A stretch of 64,000 nt of DNA from Trichodelitschia bisporula (GCA_010356995.1 ML996696.1:64364-128363); one strand, 5' to 3'; positions 22,882 through 35,361 are shown, counted from the first letter of the stretch. The notes: generated by a model from the letters alone, not told the origin. A program made the numbers and translations.

Positions 22882-23804
22882 ATGGGCGTCCCCTTCGACT
22901 ACTCGCCCGAGCGGCCCGAAGCCATCGATGTCATCCTCAACGGCCTGGACAGGTACAACCCAGAAACCACCTCCACATTCCAAGACTACGTGATGCAGCA
23001 GTGCGAAAATCGCACGTACGATTGCTACGCCAATCTCGCGCTGCTGAAGCTGTACGTACACACCCCCGGGTCAGAGCAGAGCGTTATGATGAGTTGCACA
23101 CACGTTTCCTATTACCCGACGGGATCTCGACCCCGAGGACGAAACCCCATCTCTGAACCGCGCGCACACTCTCCCCGCCCCTCCCCACCAGCTACAAAAC
23201 ACCGCTAACCACACACCCCCGGGGTGCACACAGGTACCAATTCAACCCGCACCTCACCCGCGACGAAACCATAACCAACATCCTCGTCAAAGCCCTCACC
23301 GTCTTCCCCTCCCCCGACTTCAGCCTGTGTCTCTCCCTCCTCCCCCCCCACACCCTGCACCCCACCAGCACAACATCGCACACAAACCCAGCGGCAGGCG
23401 ATGTGCCCCTCTCCGAATCCGTCCAAAAGCTCACCACCCTCTCCAACTGCCTCGCAACCGCGGACTTCACCTCCTTCTGGTCGACCCTGGACTCCGATGA
23501 TCTCTACGCCGACCTCATCGCCGACGTATCCGGCTTCGAAGAGCTGATGCGCTTGCAGATCGCGCTTGAGGTTAGCAAGGCAGTCCGTGAAATCCAGCGC
23601 CCGGTGCTGGAGTCCTGGCTTGCGCTGCGGGGGAGCGAGTTCGAGGCGTTCATGACCAAGGTGTGCGGGTGGGAGATTGTGGATGGCGTGGTGAAGGTCC
23701 CTCTTAACAAGGAGAATGAGGCCAAGGGCACGGTGGTGCGGGAGAATGTCAAGTTCGACCAGTTCGGGCGCCTTATCCGCCGCGCGTACGAGCAGCCGGC
23801 GTAG
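22882..23804 (+). CDS. eIF3k: Translation initiation factor 3 subunit K; intron 23052-23233
   Basis: [60 protein letters not shown]. Confidence 0.95.
23081..23162 (+). ncRNA. Candidate intronic box C/D snoRNA
   Basis: Box C ATGATGA 23086-23092, D' CCGA 23116-23119, box D CTGA 23153-23156, short terminal stem. The D' guide CACGTTTCCTATTA is complementary (one G:U) to the conserved LSU rRNA sequence UAAUAGGGAACGUG as recalled. Confidence 0.65.
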
Positions 23805-23973
23805 ATCTTAGGTCAGGTCAGGGTGGGCGGCGTTCCGGTGGCAGTGCGGCATTGCGGCCTAGATATCGGGCTGCAAATATCACTTGATCGGCTACTGTAG
23901 GGCCGTTGTGTCTGTTATGCTTCTGCCGCTTACTTGCGTGATGTGTCTACCGCTGCTCATTTACGAGCTCTAT

Positions 23974-25262
23974 CTACCGCCCCTTAACAACCTCCTCCCA
24001 CTGCACCCCAACCCACTCCTCCGCATACCCGACCTCGCCATCCCCCGTCCCCCGCGGCGCACAATCCAAACTACACACACCAACAATAACCGTCCCCCAC
24101 TCCATCCCCTCAAGACTCAACTCCTCCTCCTCAAGCACAGTAATAGCATGCGGCGTAAGCTGCACCTCAAACACGCGCTCAGCACCACACTCAGCACACC
24201 GCGGAACCCTCCCCCTCACCTCAACCTTCCCACCCTGTTTCGGGGCCATCAGCGCTTTTCCAACAGCGTCGTCGGCGCTGTACAGCAGCGGTACGCCGCC
24301 GAATTCGTACCGCAGGACTTGCTCGCTGTTCTGCCCCACCCTATCCGCAAATTTTTGAAACGTCTTATCCATGCTTGACTCGAATAATTGCTCCGTCCCC
24401 CCACCTCCGCCGGCGGTGCTGGCCTCGCTATCGTCTACGACGACGCGCTGGGCTATGGGTGCGGGTGTGGCGTCTAGTGTTTCGTACTCGGCGTCGAGAT
24501 ACCACAGGGGGTAGGGAGGGGGAAACTCCGCTTCCGCGGGCCAGGGCTCGGACGGCCGCGGCGCGGTTGCGCGTTCCGGCGCAGCCCCAAGCCGCGCCTT
24601 TTCAGCGAATGTCGTGGCTAGGGAGTCCGTTTCCGCAGCCGGCGGTTGCGGGGGTTTAGCCGCCAAGCTCGACGTAGTAGAGAACGGATTCGCCGCAGAA
24701 GCACCAGAAGAAGAGGAAAACGGATTCCCAAACGGATTCCCAAACGGATTCCCCCCGACCGGTGGCGCGGCGCCAAACAGCGCATTCCCGAGCAGCGGGG
24801 CCGGTTTAGCTTCAGCGGGTTTGGATTCGGGAGCCTTGGGCTTGGTGGCTTTGGCGGCGGCGGGGTCTATCCGCACGGCGCGTATGGCGCGAATGGATCC
24901 CGCTTTGCGCCGACACGTCTTGCGCCGACAGGCGGAGATGTATAAGCGCCGCTCGTGTCCGGGAAAGCGTTGCGGGAGCTCGGCGTTAAGCTGTAGGAGG
25001 AGCGTGAGCGGATCTTTACAGCTTCCACATCTCGCAAACAAGCCTGACGGAGATGTAGTGGAGTCGATCCAGTCCTACTCGGGGGGGTTAGTTCTAGTTA
25101 CGTGAGGATTTGGTGGGGATGGGGGGGAAGGGGACGTACAGGCCGCCCGCCCAAATGGCTCACGGCATCGTCGGTAGGTTCTCGCGATGGATAGCCCAGC
25201 AACACGCTGGTCTCTGTGTATGTGCCCGAGGCGGCGGAGGAATCGCTGTCGTAGGGGGCCAT
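23974..25262 (-). CDS. TSR4: PDCD2/Tsr4-family ribosome biogenesis protein; intron 25075-25139
   Basis: VLLGY..SHLGGRP|DWID, CGSCKDPLTLLLQL, QVLRYEFGGVPLLYS, CAECGAERVFEVQLTP, MEWGTVIVGVC (PDCD2_C pattern). Confidence 0.9.
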
Positions 25263-26183
25263 GGTTGCGGCCGAGGGGCGGATGTGCAGATGCGAGGAGG
25301 GGTGGTGGTGGTGGGGTTCGAGATGCCAAAGATTTTGGGGGCTGTCGATATCGATAAGGTCCGGGCGCTTGGCGGGGGGGTGAGGCGGGGGGTGAGGAGG
25401 CGAGGCGGGGGACGTCGTGGAGATGGAAATACGGGTGGGACATTTGGATTTTGGGGGAACGTCTGCGGATTGTCAAGTGCTTTAATCAGGTTCAAAAGAA
25501 ACGAAGGCCAACTCTGAGTTGCTGAATATCTGATTCCAGGTTGAAATCTCTGCTAAATATAATGACGATGGACGGCTTAGGAGCATTTAACGACCGACGA
25601 CAACGAACTTCTCCTCCTTGACTTCTCGCCTTCATGTAGCTATCCGCCGTATGATGATTCATGGATTTTCCATCCCGGCGCAAAGCAGGCCTCGTGTTTG
25701 CTTCTGGATAATGTGGGAGTAGGCAGAAGTGAGATGCAGCTTCTCGCTTTGACTACGCCATGGCTTTTGGATATATCCGATGCTTTCATACGTTTAAGGT
25801 ACGAACAACAAACAAATTATCCCCAGCACCTATCCCGCTATGAAGCCGAGCATCGAAGAACAAGGTTATCCAAAAGGAAGCGCCTCCCGTCAGCGCAAAC
25901 CTTGCTCCTATCAAACTTCACTTCGGTAACATGCAAGCAGGCATCATCAAAAGAGCCCATGCATATCGTAAGCTGTTTGGCTCGATATCATTGCCATCTT
26001 TATTCCTATCGTCATAAATACCCCGCTGTGGCCGCTGTAGTCTCAGATCGCAGTGCCGCATCATACATGCAGGCCCAAGATTCAGAGCGCTCACATTCAG
26101 GAGGCCAACAGGATCGCTTACCGCATCAGGGCTCTCAGCTTCGCTCGTAGCCGACGGTTACCCTTCCCCCTCGGCCAGCCATC

Positions 26184-28311
26184 ATGGCCCCTATTAAGAT
26201 GCCCGAAGTCATCGACCTAACGTGTAAGTCACTCACCACCATGCCTCCTCTCCACCCCCTAACCCGCCCAGCGGAGACAACCCAATCCGACGCGGTCCGT
26301 CTCCTAAGCCACTGGATCGACCTCACCGTCCCCGAATACCGCGCCTGGGCACCCCCGGAATGCGCCCCCGTCACGCTGCGCAACGGGCCCATCTTCCCGC
26401 CCTGGATCACCCTCGACAAATACGCCGGCCTGTCCCCCGGCACCTGTGTCGAGCTCCATTCCACCGGGCCTCACCGAAATGGCGACATCTTCTACATCGT
26501 CCACATCCTGCAAAACACTGCCGACCAACTCATCGTCCTCCGCGGGCACCGCCTCGTCCGCGCGCGCCACATGGGCGGCATGCTGCAACCGCGCCGCAAG
26601 GAGCTCTGCCTTTTCGTCAATGCCGGCCTCGACGACACACGCCCTTTCCTCACGCAAGGCATGGAAGACGTGCCCGCAGCCGAGGTCATCATGCCCCGCA
26701 CCGTGGCCTTCGTCCCCGCCCCTAGCTCCGGTTGGCAGCTGGGCAACGCGACGCAGCCGATACTGGTCGACTCCGACGCCGAGTTCTCGTGTCGCTACGT
26801 GTTGGTGTCGTGGCACAAGAGCACGGCGGCGCGGACGACCAAGCGCGCGTACGAGGGCGAGTTGCGCGGGTTGTACGCTTCCGAGATTGCGTTTTTCACT
26901 GGTGAGCCTGTGGGACCGCAGCGCGTGTGTCCTATGTCTGCACGGCGTCTGCCGGGGGAAGTGACGTACTGGGATGGATTTTGTGGGCTCGGGGGCGCGG
27001 CGCAGGGGGCGAAGATGGCGGGTGCGCGGGTGGAGTGCGCGTTCGACATCGACGAGAAGGCGTGCACGACGTTTAAGCTGAATCACCCAGAGGCCGAAGT
27101 GTACCGGATTGACGCGCACCACTTCGCGCAAGATGACGGTCCGGCCAGCTGCTCGCCGGATCTGTTTCACCTGTCTTGTCCGTGTCAACCATGGAGTCCG
27201 GCACATACGCGCGTGGGCAAGAACGATGAGGCGAATGAGGCGGCGCTGTTTGTCACCAGTGCCATACTGAGCAAGTACAAACCCAAGATCCACATGCAGG
27301 AGCAGACCTTCGGACTGCCGGGGTGGCATCCGACGCAGTTCTCTGCCCTGCTGAATATGATTTCCGGTGAGGGGTATAAGGTGCGCTGGAAGGTGGCAGA
27401 TCTTAAGGACTATGGAGTGCCCCAGAAGGCGCGTCAGCGGCTTATCATTCTAGCTTCGCGGTTCGCCCCCTCATCCCCTGTGTCCCGATCTAGGTTTCGC
27501 GAACTAACTCACCCTCAGCGCCGACATCCCACTCCCGCGCTTCCCGAGCCCCACTCACGGCAACTACCCAGACCTGCTCCCCTACCGTACAATCCACGAC
27601 GCGGTAAGCCGCATTCCCGACACAGCCCCCAACCACCGCTCGCGCATCACCTGGTTTCCCCGCCCCCGCGAGCCCTACAACGCAACCCGCACAATGGCGT
27701 CGTGCGTGCTCGCGAGCGGTGGGTGCCGCGACCACACGCCCGACGGACGGCGTCGGTTCACGCCCGCCGAGAATCTGGCTCTGCAGACGCTACCGTGGGA
27801 TTATAAGTTCCCGGCTAGACTCACGACGGGCACGATGAAGAAGTTGATTGGGAATGCGGTGCCCCCGGTAGTTTGGAGGTTAGTGGTGGAGAAGTGTGTT
27901 TGGATGTTAGAGGCGTGGGAGGGGGGGCGGGTAGATGAGGAGGGGAGGAGGGTGCGTGTAAGCGCTGGTGCGAGTGGTGCGGGTGGTGCTGGTGCTGGTG
28001 CGGGTGGTGCTGTCAACGGGAGGGAGGGGAGTGTGGAGAGTGCGGTTAGTGGGGCGGAGTCTGGGGGAAGTGACAGTACGGTTCGGGTGGGGGATGGTGG
28101 TGCGGACAAGGGCGATGTTGTTATGGATGAGGGAGAGAGACGCACGCCGGCGACGCCGCCAAAAGTGAGTGCACGCGGGGGCGTGGTGGATCTTACTGTT
28201 GACGAGGACGCGGTTGATTTGACGCTGGATGAGGAAGAGGATCGGGCGTTGGGTGGGGACGAGGGGGAGGTGGAAGTGGAGGTGATTGATATTATGGATA
28301 TGGATGATTAG
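26184..28311 (+). CDS. rid: RID/Masc1-family cytosine-5 DNA methyltransferase; intron 27461-27518
   Basis: Motif I DGFCGLGG, motif IV SCPCQPWS, motif VI EQT (27300-27308; the Masc1/RID variant of ENV), motif VIII YGVPQ.RQRLII, motif IX RRFTPAE, motif X LIGNAVPP. Confidence 0.88.
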
Positions 28312-28364
28312 GCGTTGAGAGAGGGTGGTGGGAGCGGTAGTGAGGAGAATGGAATGGTGATGGA

Positions 28365-28677
28365 TGGTGGTGGTGGTGGTGGTGGTGGTGGTGGTGGTGG
28401 TTCAGTGAAGATGTCCAGCCTGTTCTCTCCTTGGGTATATAGTAACGTAGTTCGCCACATGTCGTCATCGGGTCTTCCGATATGTGCAGCGGGGAATAGA
28501 TGGGTCTGATGTAAAACAAAGGGAAGGAGCAGCCACACCTTTGGAAGGGGCAGCCACACCTTTGGAAGGGGCAGTCACACCTTTGGAAGGGGCAGCCACA
28601 CCTTTGGAAGGGGCAGCCATACCTTTAGGAGGAGCAGTTGTACCTTTGGAAGGAACAGTCGTGTTCTTGGAAGGAGT
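28365..28677. repeat. (GGT)n microsatellite and 21-bp minisatellite
   Basis: GGT about 12 times at 28365-28401; GGAAGGGGCAGCCACACCTTT unit about 7 times at 28523-28677, decaying towards the 3' end. Confidence 0.95.
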
Positions 28678-28920
28678 ATCCTTAACCTAGGGAAGTGGCG
28701 AGGGGCGGCAACGGAAGGAGCCCTGGAGGACACGGACTACACCGTATCCACACAGAGGACTTTGAATGGCCCCGCCACTCTTCTCTCTGTCCTGTTCTGT
28801 GTATTTTATGATGCTTCCACTCTGCACTTGTTGGATTGACATGTACCCTGAGCCATATTCCCACTATGGTCGCCGTGATGCTGAGGATAGGGATAGCGGT
28901 GGTGGTAATAGCAAGGCTGA

Positions 28921-29480
28921 GGCGGTGATAGTGCTTCCAAAGCTGATGGCTCAGACTAATGACGATGCTGGTACAGCGAATGTGAGTTCAAACCCGTCCT
29001 CTCAGACAGTAATCCACTCACGACCGTGGTCACCATGCGTCCCGTCCTTGATCATCGCCGGCTGTACCCCTTGTGATGGCAGTGATGGTGATTCCAAGGC
29101 TGATTTCGAAGCCTACTGATGATGATGATGATGATGCAGCGAATGTGAGTTCAGACTCGTCCTCTCAGCCAGCAATGCACTCACGACCGTGGTCACCATG
29201 CGTCCCGTCCTTGATCATCGCCGACTGTGCCCCTTGTGATGGCAGTGATAGTGAAGCCCAATGATGATGGTGATGCAGTAAATGTGAGCCCAGACCAGTC
29301 TCTTCAGCTAGCAATGCTCCCACGACCGTCGTCAACAGGCATTTCGTGCATCATCATTGCCGACTATGCCCCTTATGATGGCAGTGATGGTGAAGTCTCA
29401 TGACCATGGTGATACGGCGAATGTGAATCCAGACCACTCTCTTCAGCCACCAATGCTCTCACGGCCATCGTCCCCCGCAT
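28921..29480. repeat. Four-copy tandem repeat, period 163/139/139 bp
   Basis: G[CT][GA]AATGTGA anchors at 28976, 29139, 29278 and 29417, followed by CACG[AG]CC[GA]T in every copy and CCCTT[GA]TGATGGCAGTGAT in copies 1-3. Confidence 0.9.
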
Positions 29481-30219
29481 CTACATCCAGCTAATCTCTA
29501 TCTCGAGTCCCGACAGTAGCAAGGCATCGACCAAGCACGCCAGCGGTGACCAGACCGGTCTTTTCCCCCAACATACACCTCGATACCGTCACCGCGCCTC
29601 CCCATCTCTGTTGACGGGAGGCGGTGATCGCGAGGCTTGCGGACGGTGTCGCGGAGCGTGCCGGAGTCCAGACGCGTCGTCTCCCAGGCCACAGGAATCC
29701 GGAACTCGAGCATCCGGCCGGGACTCGAGAATCCGGATCTGAAATACTGATGATCGATACCATGGCTAGCACTATGATGTCCACAATGCGGTGAGCAAAA
29801 GTACCCCTGGCCCCAGCGCAGCTGTCCGACGCAGCACTCGCACCCAACAGTGCCATTATGACGAAGGCATCATGGCGCCCAAAGCCTCGCCCGGCCGATT
29901 CCACCCTTCAACCATTGGGTCGTGCCTGGGCACCAGCCTCAGGGACTCACCTTCTGTGGTGCAGCACCGTGGCGCAGATATCAAGCCCAGCTGCTGTGTT
30001 GCCGCTACATAGTGGGGGAAACAAGCCTCTGGTAGGGCTATTTTTTGCTCATGATGCAGGACGTGGAAGTAATAGTAAAGTGGGAGACACAGCGCCACGA
30101 TCGTCATGCAAGGTCTGGACGCGGTCGCGACGTGGGTCGCAATACTGCGCGATGCTGCGTAGTGATGTGGGGTTCGGCGTGGCCGTGGGGCTTTGGTGCC
30201 CCGCTAACTGGATTGGGAC

Positions 30220-30257
30220 GGGGGGGGGGGGGGGGGGGGGAGGGGGGGGGGGGGGGG
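30220..30257. repeat. Poly-G tract (G21-A-G16)
   Basis: Read directly from the sequence. Confidence 0.9.
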
Positions 30258-31210
30258 TTCACGACAGGCGGGACGGGAGACGCATTTGGTTGGTTGACTG
30301 AGTTAGGGGAAGGAGGATTGCGATGGAGAGTGCATCACATTATGTGAGATCCGAACTGGGAGGATGTTGACATGAAGTTGATATCACGACGAAAGAGGCA
30401 AGATCTTGGACGATCATCGCGGACCCGATCGCCGTGTTCGGGAGGAACGGGTAACGGGTGCTGCCGTGAACAGCGGCTGGTGGAGAGGCTTCGGTTTTCT
30501 TGTGGTGGTGATTGGTGTGTGGTCTTGAACTCTCTGAAGGCTCCGATTGGCTACGGTTGTCGGACTTGCCGGGTTGTGGGCGCAGTTTGGATGGAGGGGG
30601 AGATGCGGGTAAGGAATGTGGAGAGCTGGATGGGCTAGATTCGGGTTTTTTTGTTTGGATTCTGAGAGAGATGGCTTGTGAAGTTGGTGATGGGGCGGTG
30701 GGCGATGATGGGAAAGACGTCATGATGGGAGTTTGATGATGAGGTGGGCAATGGTTGCGAAGAGGAAGTTGTTCTAGAACTAGGAGTCGGGAAGTGATGC
30801 TTTTCCTCGGGTGAACTGGGCGGGTTCACAAAGTGAGTTCGTGGATACCCCGCCTATCTCGTAGCGAGTACCCTTCCACAATGCCCCTACCACGCCCTAC
30901 AGCGCCTCTCCACCACCAGTACGACGCCCTCTACCAGTACAACCACCCTCAACCGCGCCATTCCCACGCCCAGTAGCTAGCACGCAGAGAGAAGCGAGCG
31001 CCAATCTCCTCGCTCCCCTTCGTCCCCAAAACAAACACGTGAAGCGCGCGACTAACCAACAAAAGTCCCCCCGGCGATAAACGACGGGGAGACTTGCTCT
31101 CATTGCCCTTCATCGCCCTCTTCCTCAGCACCTGTGCAACACCTCTCCGCTGGTCTCCGATACACTGTCCAGCGCTGAACGGAAAGCAACTCAGCCTCAG
31201 CCCTACCGCG

Positions 31211-31214
<4 letters not shown>

Positions 31215-31247
<33 letters not shown>
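31215..31247. repeat. (GA)n microsatellite upstream of metacaspase
   Basis: About 16 GA units. Confidence 0.95.
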
Positions 31248-31251
<4 letters not shown>

Positions 31252-31737
31252 CGCATTGTCCTCGTGCACTCCATCGCCCATCAGTTGTCAACCCGTCCCG
31301 TCCCTTACCCTGTTCGTCCGCAGTAGCCCCAGTGTCCCCCCCGGTCTCCATTTTCAGCTCCCCCTCCATATCCCCCGCCCAGCCGATCCGCGCGACCCTG
31401 TTTCTTGGCCAGAGACTTCCTCTCTTCTCACCTCCAACCTCCAACCTACAACCACCTAAACCTACCCCCAACATCACCACCACCACCTCCTCCTCCCACT
31501 ACTTAAACCGCGGTCACCCACCGGTCCAGGAAAGGATCATCACGCCAGCTTCACTCGCCTCTCAACCGCTCACCGCATTCCTTCGCCTCCGCTCGCCGGA
31601 CATTCCAGTCTCCCCGCCCCGCCTCCGAGCCGTCTAACGCGCTGCCGATCACTTCTACTCCGCCGCATCCCGCATCCCGCACGACGCTTCTGAGACCGCA
31701 TCTCTCTCTACACTCGTCTCGACATTCTTCAGTCGCC

Positions 31738-33936
31738 ATGTCTTACTTTCCCGGCCAAGGCTACCACGGCGGCCAGCAGGGCGGATATCCTCAGCAACCA
31801 CCACAGGGTGGCTATCCCCCACAGCAGGGCGGCTATCCCCCGCAACAGGGTGGTTATCCGTAAGTATAAGATCTGTTCTTGCTCATCGAGTTGCTTTGCG
31901 GCCCGGTGCTGCTCTCGCTCGTTTTGCTCGCCGCATGGCCACTGCTGACTGTCTAGTCCTGCCGCCCCGACCTACGGCGGCGGCTACCACACTCCCTCGC
32001 CCCAGCCTCCCTACGGCGGATACCAGTCCCCGCCAGCGGCGCCGCAGTATGGCGGTTACCAACAGGTAAATCTCTCGTTTTTCATCCGCACTGAATGCAC
32101 ATCCTAACAGCCGCAGACGCCTCCCCCGCAGCCGGGCTATGGCGCGCAACCCCCGCAGCAGCAATATCACGCCCCGGCACCTGGTGGCTACCAGCAACCC
32201 GGGGGCCACGGACCGGCACCACCGCCCCAGGCGGCCCAGCAATTCGGCCACGGCGCGCCCGGCAACTACACATTCCAGTACTCGCTGTGCACGGGTAAGC
32301 GCAAGGCGCTGCTCATCGGAATCAACTACTTCAACCAGCGCGGGCAGCTGCGTGGGTGCATCAACGATGTGAAGAACATGTCGGCGTATCTGAATCAGCA
32401 CTTTGGATACAAGCGTGAGGACATGGTCATCCTAACCGACGACCAGCAGAACCAGATGAGCCAGCCGACGAAGGCTAACATCCTCCGTGCTATGCACTGG
32501 CTCGTCAAGGACGCACAGCCGAACGATTCGCTCTTCTTCCACTACTCGGGCCACGGCGGCCAGACGAAGGATACAGACGGCGATGAGGAGGATGGATACG
32601 ATGAGGTTATTTACCCCGTCGATTTCCGCACCGCCGGCCACATTGTCGACGACGAGATGCACCGCATCATGTAAGTTTTTTTCCACTCGGTAGCGAATTC
32701 CGCTAACCCCTCCGTAGGGTGCAGGGCCTCAAGCCCGGTGTGCGCTTGACTGCCATCTTCGACTCTTGCCACTCGGGCTCGGCACTCGACCTGCCATACG
32801 TGTACTCGACGCAAGGCCTGCTCAAGGAGCCGAACCTGGCCAAGGAGGCCGGGCAAGGTTTGCTCGGCATCGTGTCGTCGTACGCACGGGGCGATCTCGG
32901 CGGCGTGGCGACCGGCGCGCTCGGCCTGTTCAAGAAGGCAATCGGCGGGAACGACGTGTACGAGCGCAACCTGCGCACCAAGACCAGCCCCGCGGACGTG
33001 ATTATGTGGAGCGGAAGCAAGGACAGTCAGACTTCGTACGTTGCCCCTTTTCTTGATTTTCAGGTTGTTGAGGAGATTCTTTTTGGTCCGGGGAGTTGCA
33101 CTGTTTTTGAAGGCCAGTCGAGGGTCGATCGGGTTTGGTTTGAACATGATTGATGCGGTTTGGAGAGGAGGCTGCCGGGTGCGGTCCTCTTGCTTTGATT
33201 GCTTTCTGGTTGCATATGTTCGCATATTGGCTGATCTTCTGCCTCTTCTTCTTCGTCTTCTTCTCTGGTTGGATTTTTAGAGTTTCCTTCGCTTCTCTTT
33301 CTTCTTTTCTCTGGATGTCTTAGTAGCAGTTCGACTTTGTATCTCTCCTCTTAGCGTTTCTCCTCTTAGATTTTCTTCTCTTAACGTTTCTCCTTTTCCT
33401 TTCGTCTTCATCTCTTTTCTTTTGGCTTTCCTCTCTCTTCTTTCCTTCTCACGTGACCCTGCTTCCACGCGTCCATGCTTTCCTTTCCTTCTTTTGCCGC
33501 TTAAGATACCCCTTGTAGCGTAGAGCCCTTCTTTTCCTTTTCTTCTTTTGCCGCTTAAGATACCCCTTGTAGCGTAGACTCCTTCGTTTCAGCCCAGAAT
33601 CAGCTCCGAGGCCCATGCGGGTCTCGGGGCGACGGGTTACGTTGGGTCTCCTTCCCCTTTTCCTCTCCTCTCCTCTCCTCTCCTCTCCTCAGCCTCACTC
33701 ACCTCCTTCAACCGAACGCCAGCTAACGTACCTCAAACAGGGCCGACGCATCCATTTCCGGCGAAGCCACAGGCGCCATGTCCTGGGCGTTCATAACGTC
33801 GCTCAAGAAGAACCCGCAGCAGAGCTACGTGCAGCTGCTGAATAGTATTCGTGAGGAGTTGCTCGGGAAATATGACCAGAAGCCGCAGCTTAGCTGTAGT
33901 CATCCGTTGGATGTCAGTTTGTTGTATGTTATGTAG
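31738..33936 (+). CDS. MCA1: Type I metacaspase; introns 31860-31956, 32066-32116, 32671-32717, 33036-33740
   Basis: Q/G/Y/P-rich prodomain, [26 protein letters not shown] (catalytic His), IFDSCHSG (catalytic Cys), [24 protein letters not shown]. Confidence 0.96.
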
Positions 33937-35361
33937 GGGGGCTTGGGCGGGGGCCTTGGGCATTGGTGGGATGGGATGGGCAAAATTCGGGGGATGTAGA
34001 TAAGGGACTCGGTCGTTTCCTGGTTTGATGCGGGGGGGCCTTCTTGGGAGGAGGGCTGGTTTATGTTTTTGTGCTGCATTGGTATACTGCGCTCGCGAGT
34101 GTGTGTGTCCTTAATAGCTGACGTCTTGATATGTATTCTTTGCTGTGTACGGGATGAACTGTGCGGGGGGATGGGGAATGGGAGGGTTGGTGCTTATGTC
34201 GGGACGTAAGGAGGCCATAGCTCCCAGTAGCGTCATGTCAGGGCACATTGGCAAGGCTGTTTGTGAGGCTGTGTACCGTGGTAAGGCTGGCCGATTTGTG
34301 TTGATAGCCTTGTGAGCTGCCGATGCGAACCCGGCCTAATGCTGGTCCAGCTCGTGAGATTTCTCCTGTCACAGGCATTGTATAGATCTCGGGTACATGA
34401 ACAGCGTCTACATTCTCGAGTAACAAATGAAAGTCATGACGATGTGCTTACACCCATCAGATGTCTACTACTGTACGGTACATGGCGATTACGTGTGGTC
34501 GAACGCGCGCACGCCTCACCTGTTGCCGGATTGGGCAATCGCTCGAGCTAGAGAATGCAGTGCTCCGTGGCGCAGGCGGGAAGATGCAGCGGATCGGTTC
34601 TCCGCTCGGGGATTAAAAGGCTTCGTGAACGCTTTGCCCATCTGCTCGAACCTCTCTGCTTTTCCTCCTTCTCGCTCTTTCTCAATCTGCCCTCGTCGAT
34701 CTTCGCATCGCATCCATTGAAGAACTGAGCAGCGAGTTAAGTGAGTGTGAAAGACGCACCCCACCCGACACCGGACGCAGCTAAGCGCCCGCTGTGGCTG
34801 AGGCGCAGGAGTCACGGGACGGGCGCAACGGGCGAGCAGTTGGGGCGCGGTCTCACCTCCACAAGCGCCAACCTCCCCTCTTCACGATCTTCTGGACAAA
34901 GCGACAATACTCCTTACTGTCGCGAAACCTTTGCGATAGCTTGGATTCTCCCGCACACGGTTAAGGACGACGAGCGCTGAACCATTCTGACCCTTCGCCT
35001 CCGACTGCGACTCCGACTCGCTTTCACTTGCCCCTCGCCAGCTCGGCGCAAGCGCTCCCGAACCATCACACGACCCGACGAGAAGCAATGTGGTAGCCTG
35101 CCGGCTTGAGTAGCTTCCGGACGGAGGTTACGCTTGTGAGGCGAGGTTGACCGGTTCGAGAAACTGGGAGGTGGATTGCGGAGACGCTGTCGATCGCATC
35201 GACTCTACCGCATACCTGCATACCTCACCACTGCGCACCCGGAACACCCCACAACCACTGGCACCATCGCGCAACCCACCATACGCCTGCTCGCCTCCAC
35301 CCATCCATACCCTTCCTCACCACCATCACCGTGACCCCGCCCGCCCGCCGCACACCTCACG

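Noticed and set aside
28523..29480. Regularly spaced repeats as a CRISPR array or Kex2-processed repeat peptide precursor
   Set aside because: Eukaryotic context, no unique spacers, no cas genes; the long-unit periods are 3n+1, with no signal peptide or KR sites.
30340..30723. 127-aa Ser/Pro-rich minus-strand ORF divergent from metacaspase
   Set aside because: Low-complexity translation of C-rich promoter-proximal DNA; no supporting motif.
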